Of a stretch of 64,000 nt of DNA, positions 30,979-38,699 are shown one piece after another. The notes below the pieces were generated by a model. It saw only the letters and a list, made by a program, of their open reading frames with translations, made no database searches and was not told where the DNA came from. The position numbers and the translations under genes are program-made. The stretch is taken from the IMG/VR virus record IMGVR_UViG_3300045988_141197; one strand, written 5' to 3'. Origin of the DNA: a virus. Numbering within the stretch: the stretch's first letter is position 1; each line of letters opens with the position of its first letter.

Positions 30979-31250
30979 CTGGGGTTCGGTTATATCTGTT
31001 GCAATGAAGTGCAAAATGCTAGCATTGTTCCTTCGTAACGGATGAAAAAAGATCTTATATATGACACCGATATAGACGCCTCGGCCCAGTTCGTACCGCC
31101 TCACTCTTTAGGTACCCTACAGGAATTTGTGAGGTCATAACTGTAGGTCAGGTGTACACGGCAACTTTGTCTCGCGTAAACGTTGTGTTGAGCAAGAAGT
31201 ACATTAAGAAGCAACGTGACTGCTAGGAGAGACTAGCAAAATATTATTTA
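30979..31250 (+). ncRNA. GC-rich structured-RNA candidate (unknown class) or leader of the flotillin gene
   Basis: ~270 nt at roughly 45-50 % GC against a ~28 % background. Several complementary pairs are visible: cctcac/gtgagg, ctacag/ctgtag, aacgttg/caacgtg, plus palindromes ggtacc and gtgtacac. No ORF is present. Confidence 0.3.
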
Positions 31251-31267
31251 TTCGGAGGTAGAGATAA

Positions 31268-32737
31268 ATGATAACCTTAATCATTGTTGTAGCAGTGATT
31301 ATAATTCTTACAATATTCTTATTTATGAGCTATGTTAAATGTCCACCAGATATGGTTTATTTAATATCAGGTCTAAAGAAAGAACCTAGAGTTATAATAG
31401 GAAAAGCTGCTTTAAGAGTTCCATTTTTTGAAAGAGTGGATAAACTAACTCTTGAGTTAATACAAATAGATGTAAAAACGTCAAGAGTACCTACAGCTGA
31501 TTTCATTAATGTAGATGTAGATGCTGTAGCAAATGTTAGAATTCCTAACAATCCTGAATTAATACAAGTTGCAGCTAGACATTTTTTGAATCAAGATTCA
31601 AATTATATAGCTAGAAATGTACAACAAGTATTAGAAGGAAATATGAGGGAAATAATTGGACAAATGAATTTAAAAGAATTAGTTAATAATAAACAATTAT
31701 TTTCTCAAAAAATTCAAGAAAATGCAAAAGATGATATCAATAATATAGGATTAGAAATTGTTAACTTAAATGTTCAAAGCTGTACTGATGAAAATAATGC
31801 TATAAATGATTTAGGTATAGATAATTTATCTAAAATCCAAAAAGATGCAAAAATTGCAAAAGCTGAAGCTGATAGAGATGTTCAAGTTGCACAAGCTAAA
31901 GCGGCTAAAGAAGGAAATGAAGCTGATGCACAAGCTAAAGCTGAAATAGCAAAACAAAATAAAGATTTAGCTTTAAAACAATATGAGTATCAAATTGAAC
32001 AAGATAAGAAAAAAGCTGAAGCTGATACAATATATGAAATCCAAAAAGCTGAGAGACAAAAACTAATTAATGAAAATACAGTACTTGCAGAAGTTGCTAA
32101 AACTGAAAAAGAAACTGAATTAAAAGAAAAACAAGTTGCTTTAAGAGAAAAACAATTAGATGCAGAAGTTAGAAAAACAGCTGATGCGGAAAAATATAAA
32201 GCTGAAGTAGAAGCTGAAGCTCAAAAGCAAGTAACAATACAAAGAGCTCAAGCTGAATTAGAAAAAGCTAAACAAGAGGCTCAAGCTAAGATAGAAATCG
32301 CAAAAGCTAATAAAGAAGCAGCAACTCTAGAGGCTGAAGCAATTAAAGCAAAAGCATTAGCTGAAGCTGAAGGAATAAAAGCTAAATTAGAAGCTGAAGC
32401 TGCTGGTATAGAAGCAAAAGGTATAGCAGAAGCAAAAGGTATTGAAAAGAAGGCTGAAGCTCAAGCAAAAATGCAACAAGCATCAGTAGTAGAAATGATT
32501 ATTAATAAATTACCTGATATTGCTAAAGAAGTATCAACTCCTTTATCTAATATTGATAGTATTACAATGTATGGTGATCAATCAACCCAACTTGTGGAAA
32601 ACAATACACAAAAAATTGATAAAATTTTAAAAGTAGCTCAAGATAGTTTAGGTATTGATTTAAAATCAATAATTGCAGGTTATGCTGTTGGTAAATTAGG
32701 TAATAATCAAAAAGATAATAATAAAGAAGAAGAATAA
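31268..32737 (+). CDS. floT: flotillin (FloT/YuaG-type SPFH domain protein)
   Basis: N-terminal transmembrane segment and SPFH domain. Ala/Glu/Lys-rich coiled coil with AEAEA repeats. C-terminal LPDIAKEVSTPLSNIDSITMYG matches the FloT LP..AK....PLSNIDKITV motif. Confidence 0.85.
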   Translation: MITLIIVVAVIIILTIFLFMSYVKCPPDMVYLISGLKKEPRVIIGKAALRVPFFERVDKLTLELIQIDVKTSRVPTADFINVDVDAVANVRIPNNPELIQVAARHFLNQDSNYIARNVQQVLEGNMREIIGQMNLKELVNNKQLFSQKIQENAKDDINNIGLEIVNLNVQSCTDENNAINDLGIDNLSKIQKDAKIAKAEADRDVQVAQAKAAKEGNEADAQAKAEIAKQNKDLALKQYEYQIEQDKKKAEADTIYEIQKAERQKLINENTVLAEVAKTEKETELKEKQVALREKQLDAEVRKTADAEKYKAEVEAEAQKQVTIQRAQAELEKAKQEAQAKIEIAKANKEAATLEAEAIKAKALAEAEGIKAKLEAEAAGIEAKGIAEAKGIEKKAEAQAKMQQASVVEMIINKLPDIAKEVSTPLSNIDSITMYGDQSTQLVENNTQKIDKILKVAQDSLGIDLKSIIAGYAVGKLGNNQKDNNKEEE

Positions 32738-32768
32738 AATTTAGTGGGTGAAACTCCCGCTACTATAT

Positions 32769-32844
32769 TGAGGTATAGCCAAGCGGTAAGGCAATGGGTT
32801 TTGATCCCATGATTTCCTAAGTTCGAATCTTAGTACCCCAACCA
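32769..32844 (+). tRNA. tRNA-Gln (anticodon TTG)
   Basis: Very similar to Firmicute tRNA-Gln (tagccaagcggtaaggca D-arm). Anticodon stem atggg/cccat with loop ttttgat. T-arm ctaag-ttcgaat-cttag. One A-C mismatch in the acceptor stem. Confidence 0.65.
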
Positions 32845-32848
32845 ATAT

Positions 32849-33219
32849 AGTTCCTTAGCTCAGTAGGTTAGAGCGCTGTGTTTTTAAATTATTAAGAGGA
32901 ATAAAGTATGTTTAAATGTATATGTAATAGAGAGTTTTTAACACAAAATGGTCTTAATAGTCATAAAGGTAAATGTTCTGTTGTAAAACCTGATTTTATA
33001 CTTGATGATATATACATTGAAATAAAAGGTTACTTTACTGAAAAAGATAAAGCTAAAATTGACCAATTTCCTTATAAGATAAAAGTATTATTTAAGGAAG
33101 ATATGAAATTATATTTAGATTATGTGAAATCTAAATATGGTAAAACATTTTATAATTTATATACACCTAAAACTTTAATAATTTAAAATCAATTGGTTCG
33201 ATTCCAATAGGAACTACCA
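32849..33219 (+). tRNA. split / interrupted tRNA gene (5' half 32849-~32886, 3' half ~33187-33219)
   Basis: The 5' segment agttcct-ta-gctc-agtaggtta-gagc has a perfect acceptor strand and D-arm. The 3' segment attgg-ttcgatt-ccaat-aggaact-a-cca has a perfect T-arm and a complementary acceptor strand. The two are separated by ~310 bp containing ORF 32908-33186. No matching 3' anticodon-stem strand was found. Confidence 0.45.
32908..33186 (+). CDS. small Zn-finger protein inserted in split tRNA, possible (D/E)xK nuclease
   Basis: C-x-C...H-x4-C N-terminus followed by LDDIYIEIKGY (D...E-I-K motif). RBS aagagg upstream. Confidence 0.4.
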   Translation: MFKCICNREFLTQNGLNSHKGKCSVVKPDFILDDIYIEIKGYFTEKDKAKIDQFPYKIKVLFKEDMKLYLDYVKSKYGKTFYNLYTPKTLII

Positions 33220-33341
33220 GAGGCTGGGTAGCTCCCAGATATGCGCGAGTATAAAGACGAGGCACCTCCGTTGAAAATAAAATTAAAACCTCGTACATTA
33301 TAATAGTGCTTTAACTGATTATTATAAAAGGAGATATTACA

Positions 33342-33704
33342 ATGGATAAATTTGCATTTGATTGGTTTCAAAAACAACTAGATAAAAGAAAAGAACCTAA
33401 AAAGTATTTATTATGGATAGATGATTTAAGACCTATACCAAATCATTATATTGATAATTATCATATAGTTACAGCTAGATCTTATAATGAAGCTATCCAT
33501 GAATTACATAGATTTAGATATAATATAATTTGTTTAGATCATGATTTGGGAGAAGAAAAAACAGGATATGATGTTTGTAAATACATTATAGAAAATAATA
33601 TCCCTTGTGATGAATATAGAATTCATACAAGTAATCCTGTTGGTAGAAAGAATATGACTGATCTTTTATCAAGATATACAAATGCTATTATAAGACAATG
33701 TTAA
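33342..33704 (+). CDS. CheY-like receiver-fold protein (atypical)
   Basis: LLWIDD acidic pair, LDHDLG putative phospho-acceptor Asp, HTSNP, K. Confidence 0.3.
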   Translation: MDKFAFDWFQKQLDKRKEPKKYLLWIDDLRPIPNHYIDNYHIVTARSYNEAIHELHRFRYNIICLDHDLGEEKTGYDVCKYIIENNIPCDEYRIHTSNPVGRKNMTDLLSRYTNAIIRQC

Positions 33705-33890
33705 AAAATATATGGAGGGGTAGTTTAAATAAAACGAATAGTCTGATAAACTATAACTATTATACTATATAATCCGGATATATAGATTAAATATAATAGT
33801 GGTAATAAGAAACTATATCAATTGCAAGCCTTATTACTTGATATGGATAATAGGTGAAACTTAAATTCCATCCCCTTACAATTTAATAAA

Positions 33891-34118
33891 GTGAGTGATA
33901 ATATGGAAGAAAATTTATATGATAAACAATGTATTATGTGTGGTAAGATATATACCAGTAAAGGTAAAGCTCCTGTAGGTGAATGTCCTGAATGTCTATC
34001 TAAAGAAGAATATTTCTGTAATAGATGTGGTCAACCAATTGACTATTGGGAATATAATAATAGTGTAGAGGGCTATTGTGAAGATTGTTTGGAAGAGGAA
34101 GAGCTAGAAAATGAATAA
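33891..34118 (+). CDS. small zinc-ribbon protein
   Basis: CIMCG...CPEC and CNRCG...CEDC motifs. Confidence 0.45.
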   Translation: MSDNMEENLYDKQCIMCGKIYTSKGKAPVGECPECLSKEEYFCNRCGQPIDYWEYNNSVEGYCEDCLEEEELENE

Positions 34119-34283
34119 TAAAGAAAAATTACCAAAATATGTAAATAGTGATTGGAAGAATAAAGGATTAAAAGCATTTATTTTATTTATAATGCTACTT
34201 ATAGAACTTCCATTCATACCATTTGTATATTTATGGGCTTGGATAGATGATATAAGAGATAAGTTCAAAAAATCTTAATCTAT

Positions 34284-34353
34284 GGTCATATAGTTTAATG
34301 GTAAAACATACTACGTAATGTAGATAGATAATGGTTCGATTCCATTAAGACCT
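34284..34353 (+). pseudogene. tRNA-like element / degenerate tRNA
   Basis: Good D-arm (gttt-aatggta-aaac) and T-arm (aatgg-ttcgatt-ccatt). The anticodon region folds only as ctac-gtaat-gtag with a 5-nt loop, and the acceptor stem has a mismatch. Confidence 0.3.
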
Positions 34354-34581
34354 GAAAAAGTGCTTTAGTGTATTGAGTACATAACAGAAAATACACAAAT
34401 CAATTAAAATAATTGGAGAACTTATATACTAACAGTTTAATCTCCTAAAAAACTTTATAGATATGTATAGAAGTGAGTTAGTACAGAGTATTCTATACGA
34501 AGGTAATGTCCACTCTATTGTACTTGAAAGTTAATTGTTTATGAAAGTACAAAATAAATATTATCATTTGGAGGTAATCAA

Positions 34582-34893
34582 TTGAATAATACTATTGAAC
34601 TTAAAGATATAATTATTATTAGCAATAATAAAATATTTAACAATATAATCAATTATAATACAACTTTTGAATCTTTATATGCATGGATAGGGGATAATAC
34701 TAGGTATAAACTTGGGAAAATTTATGATACTATTACCATAAAAAAGAATTATATAAAAAATATAGCTATGTTAAATGAATCTATTTCAACCTTTATTATT
34801 TTTAACTGTGCTTATAATCAAAAAATTATTAAATATTATGATACTAATAAAGAAGCCTATAGTGCTTATAAAATGTATCAGCAATTAATATAA
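34582..34893 (+). CDS. hypothetical protein
   Basis: TTG start after RBS ggaggtaa. Confidence 0.35.
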   Translation: MNNTIELKDIIIISNNKIFNNIINYNTTFESLYAWIGDNTRYKLGKIYDTITIKKNYIKNIAMLNESISTFIIFNCAYNQKIIKYYDTNKEAYSAYKMYQQLI

Positions 34894-35002
34894 TCTATAT
34901 AGGTGTTTTGGACTGATAGATATATCCTGTTCTGTTCGACTCAGAGTAATAATGTTGGAACTGTAAAAAATCAGATCGTTACTGATTGCCTATATTTTAT
35001 AT

Positions 35003-35091
35003 GTCAAGATGGGTGAGTTGGTTTAAACCAGTTGTCTACTAAACAACCGAAGTGTAAGCTTCCGTGAGTTCGAATCTCACTCTTGACGCCA
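35003..35091 (+). tRNA. type-II tRNA, Ser-like, anticodon ACT (unusual A34)
   Basis: Acceptor gtcaaga/tcttgac, anticodon stem gttgt/acaac with loop ctactaa, long variable arm, T-arm gtgag-ttcgaat-ctcac. CCA is encoded. Confidence 0.55.
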
Positions 35092-35097
35092 TAATAT

Positions 35098-35184
35098 GCA
35101 GATGTGGTGAAATTGGCAAACACACAGGACTTAAAATCCTGCGAGGTAAAACTCTTGTCGGTTCAAGTCCGACTATCTGCACCA
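35098..35184 (+). tRNA. tRNA-Leu (anticodon TAA), type II
   Basis: Acceptor gcagatg/tatctgc, anticodon stem cagga/tcctg with loop cttaaaa, long variable arm, T-arm gtcgg-ttcaagt-ccgac. CCA is encoded. Confidence 0.7.
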
Positions 35185-35201
35185 ATATATTATAAATAAT
35201 A

Positions 35202-35233
35202 AAAGAGATATTTTAATATATCTCTTTATTTTT
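35202..35233 (+). terminator. rho-independent terminator
   Basis: Hairpin aaagagatattttaatatatctcttt followed by a T-run. Confidence 0.65.
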
Positions 35234-35424
35234 ATGCAAAAATTATAATTCTTTAGGTAAAATAATATTAGAAGCTAATCAAAGATATTGATTTGTTTTT
35301 ATATCTTTTAAATTAAGCTTCTATTTTTAAGTGATATATAATTTATCATTTTTCAAATAAAAATCGTTTAAAATCGATTTATGTGCGAAATAAAAGCATA
35401 ATTTTTATAAAGGAGGAATTATAA

Positions 35425-35616
35425 ATGGCTAAATTTGGTAAATCTAAAGTTGAGACAGAAGAAAATAAAAATGAAGAGGTTGTAGAAAAAACTACTAAAG
35501 TTGAAGAACCTAAAGTAGAACAACCAAAAGTTGAAGAACCTAAAGTTGAAAATGAGAAAGCTAAAGAGGTTACAAAAGTTGTAAAACCTGAAAGTTTAGC
35601 AGATTTTCTATTTTAA
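35425..35616 (+). CDS. small repeat protein (EEPKVE repeats)
   Basis: ORF with RBS aaggagg; internal PKVE(E/Q) repeats. Confidence 0.4.
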   Translation: MAKFGKSKVETEENKNEEVVEKTTKVEEPKVEQPKVEEPKVENEKAKEVTKVVKPESLADFLF

Positions 35617-35772
35617 GTTAGTAAAATATTATCAAGATAGAAATATCTTGAGGTAGATAATATTTTAATAAAAACTTATCTCTTTATATATCTTTTGTCG
35701 AAAGACTAATCAGAAAATAAAGAGGAAAATTGGACTCAAAACCAATATTATTATTTAAAGGAGGTATGTGCA

Positions 35773-35979
35773 ATGAAGAAAGATTTAACTACACCAAAAA
35801 CAGTTACACTTAAAAATGTTGGAACTGAAGAAGTTGGATTTAGATATTTCAGAGTAAACTTTGTAGAAGTTTTACAACCTGCTGATGAAGTTGTTTTAAC
35901 AGCTGCATCAAGTGAAGAAGCAGCTTACTATTTAGCTTTAGCAGATGCTACAGTTGGATTAGAAGTAAAAGTTGCTTAA
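35773..35979 (+). CDS. hypothetical small protein
   Basis: ORF with RBS aaggagg. Confidence 0.45.
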   Translation: MKKDLTTPKTVTLKNVGTEEVGFRYFRVNFVEVLQPADEVVLTAASSEEAAYYLALADATVGLEVKVA

Positions 35980-36096
35980 TTAATTTAAGGTATTAAGTAT
36001 AAAATAATATAAACTTAATATATGTAATGGTAAGTCGAGATTCTACCTCCTCGATACTGCCATTACATCTTAATAAAAATAGTATGGAGGTAATAT

Positions 36097-36849
36097 ATGG
36101 AAGAGAATGAAAATTTAGATCCTATATATAAAGATAATGCTTTAACAAAACCCCGTACTTACCCTCGTATGAAGAAAAGAATGAAAAGAATTGTTCAATA
36201 TATAGAAAATCAATTAGGTGGTCAAGTATTAGATCTTGAATTAACTCCTGAGCAGATTAAACAAATAGTTGAGCAAGCTTTTGAGGAAATAGTTCATTAT
36301 ATGACTGATACTTATACTGTTACAGTTCCTTATTCTAATTGTATAGATTTATCTAAATATAATATAGATAATGTAGAATCAGTTATGAGAGCTCAAGATA
36401 GTATAATGACAGGAATTCCTTTTACAATTCCTGCAATGAATTTAATGAATGTTACAGGTATGTATAACATTGAAGATTATACAAATGCCTTATTAATAAA
36501 AAGAAATTTAAATATCTTATCTACAGATATGGATTTTGTATGGGATAAACCTAATCAAAAATTATATATAACAGCTAATCCTAATGCACCTAGTAAAGTT
36601 ACTATTAATTTTAAACCAGAATATTATTCAGTGGAAGATATAAGAGAACAATATTGGGATACTCAACTTAGGAAATTAGCTTTAGGTATGTGTAAAGTTA
36701 TATTAGGTAGAATACGTAGTAAATATAAATCAAGTTCATCTAAATTTCAATTAGATGGTGACCAATTATTAGCAGAAGGAAATGCAGAAATCCAATCTGT
36801 TAGACAATTTTTAGATGATAATAAAGATATATTTACAGTATTAAATTAA
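36097..36849 (+). CDS. hypothetical structural protein (neck / tail-completion candidate)
   Basis: ORF two genes upstream of the sheath gene; RBS tggagg. Confidence 0.35.
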   Translation: MEENENLDPIYKDNALTKPRTYPRMKKRMKRIVQYIENQLGGQVLDLELTPEQIKQIVEQAFEEIVHYMTDTYTVTVPYSNCIDLSKYNIDNVESVMRAQDSIMTGIPFTIPAMNLMNVTGMYNIEDYTNALLIKRNLNILSTDMDFVWDKPNQKLYITANPNAPSKVTINFKPEYYSVEDIREQYWDTQLRKLALGMCKVILGRIRSKYKSSSSKFQLDGDQLLAEGNAEIQSVRQFLDDNKDIFTVLN

Positions 36850-36885
36850 TTTAAAATTTTAAAGAAAGGGGTAAATTAAGGTATA

Positions 36886-38676
36886 ATGAAAAATAAGAAA
36901 AAACTAAATATCAATAAAGCTAGTTTAGTAGAAGCTACTATGTTAGCAATGCAAGGTAAATTAATTCTTGAAGAAGAAAAAGAAATAAAGACTGAAGATA
37001 TTGAAGTTGAAACAGATGATGTTGAAGTAACTTTAGGTACTGATAAAACTATTATTGATAGTGAAGAAGCTACAATTACAATTGAAAAAAATAGTGAATC
37101 TAGTGCTACTGAAACAGAACCTGAAACTATTGAAGTACCTGTAGAAGGTGATGAGACAATTATTCCTGAAGAAGTTGTAGAACCTGAAGAAGTTGAAGAT
37201 GAAGTACCTTCAATAGATGAAATAGTAGATGAAGAAGTACCTACAGAAGAAGTTAGTACTGAACCTGAAGAAGTTGAAGAAGATACTATAGAAGAAAGTA
37301 AGTCTTTAGAAGAAGATTTAACTTCTGAAGAATTTCCTGAAGATGGAACTTATTGGAGTGGAAATGGTAAGTATCAAGAAGATGTAGATATGCTAAATAA
37401 ATTAATACCTGCAACAGGTACAACTCCTACTATTCCAGATGTTTTACCTGATAAAGTTGTAGAAGACTATATTAACTTATCTAATAAATATTACAGATGG
37501 TTTAATGATGGAGATGTTCCATTTAAAAAATTAAAAGATGGTACAACTATTTATCCTTCTTATACAAGAGGTAATAATAGACAAACACCTTTAGGTCAAA
37601 AAACTTGTAATAGTATAAGTTTTGATCTTGAAAATAGAGTTAATTCTTTAATTGAAAAAATTAATTCTCAATATCCTGATTGGAAAGCAAAATTACAATC
37701 AACTGACACTTCAGTAGATGAACTTCAAGAATCTAAAGAAGTAAAAACTGAAGATGAAAAAATATCAAGAATAGGTGTTCATGAAGATGTAGTATCTAAT
37801 TTAGGGGATGGAGCTATAAAATTAGCCGATAAATACGATATACAAATGAATACTATATTAGATAATGTAGAAGATATTATCATAGAAAATAGTAATTTAT
37901 TTGAATCTAAAGAATTAAATGAATCAATAAAACCTGAAGATGACAATGGTGATTATAATTATTTCTATAGTCCTAGACAAATAATAGAAATATGCGAAGA
38001 TAGAAAATATGAACATGCTTTTGATGAAGAATCTGATACAATAGAAGAATTAGAGAAAGAACTTCAAGATGTTAAAAGAATAGAATCTGAAAAACCTATA
38101 ACAACTATAGAAGAACCTCTTACAGATAAATATCCAGGATGGAAAAATTGTAAAGTTAAAACTATATTAAAAGATGGAAGAGAATTTGTATCAGAAGAAG
38201 AAACATTATCTGTATGGGCAGCTGTTCAATTAGCTGTAGCTGATGAAATAAAAGAAGAATCTAAAGATTCTTGTGAAAACTGCAATAAAGAGAATTGTGA
38301 TTGTGATAACAAAGAAATTAAAACAGAGTCTAAAAATAAATTTAATGCTAATTCTTTTAAAACAGTAGTTGAAGGATTTTTAAAAGAATTAGATGAAACT
38401 ATAGATTCCTTTAAATTAAATAAAGTGTTAAAAAATGAATCAGCTATTAGAATTTATGGTGAAGTTTTAAGTCAAAATAATAGTAAAAGTATTTGTTTAG
38501 AAGGAAAAATGATACAAAAAGGTAAAGCATTCACTAAATATGAAATTGCAAAACCATCTGGATTAAAACTAGAATCTAAAGAATTTACAAGATCATCTAT
38601 GGTTACATTTACAAATAAAGAAAACATCTTAGAATGTAAATATTTTAAACAAGCTACTGCAAAAGTAGAAGAATAA
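36886..38676 (+). CDS. hypothetical acidic protein (596 aa)
   Basis: Acidic low-complexity N-terminal third; lies immediately upstream of the sheath gene. Confidence 0.4.
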   Translation: MKNKKKLNINKASLVEATMLAMQGKLILEEEKEIKTEDIEVETDDVEVTLGTDKTIIDSEEATITIEKNSESSATETEPETIEVPVEGDETIIPEEVVEPEEVEDEVPSIDEIVDEEVPTEEVSTEPEEVEEDTIEESKSLEEDLTSEEFPEDGTYWSGNGKYQEDVDMLNKLIPATGTTPTIPDVLPDKVVEDYINLSNKYYRWFNDGDVPFKKLKDGTTIYPSYTRGNNRQTPLGQKTCNSISFDLENRVNSLIEKINSQYPDWKAKLQSTDTSVDELQESKEVKTEDEKISRIGVHEDVVSNLGDGAIKLADKYDIQMNTILDNVEDIIIENSNLFESKELNESIKPEDDNGDYNYFYSPRQIIEICEDRKYEHAFDEESDTIEELEKELQDVKRIESEKPITTIEEPLTDKYPGWKNCKVKTILKDGREFVSEEETLSVWAAVQLAVADEIKEESKDSCENCNKENCDCDNKEIKTESKNKFNANSFKTVVEGFLKELDETIDSFKLNKVLKNESAIRIYGEVLSQNNSKSICLEGKMIQKGKAFTKYEIAKPSGLKLESKEFTRSSMVTFTNKENILECKYFKQATAKVEE

Positions 38677-38699
38677 TTAATGAAAGGAGATTAATTTAA

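Noticed and set aside
30979-31250. tmRNA, T-box leader or RNase P RNA as identity of the GC-rich region
   Set aside because: It does not end in a tRNA-like T-arm and acceptor with CCA. No T-box (AAnnnGGGTGGnACCGCG) or RNase P P4 consensus was found. Kept only as an unclassified structured-RNA candidate.
31357-31551. Minus-strand ORF within the flotillin gene
   Set aside because: Antisense to a strongly supported CDS.
33189-33377. Minus-strand ORF overlapping the 3' tRNA half
   Set aside because: Overlaps a tRNA-derived structure and the start of a + strand gene. No RBS.
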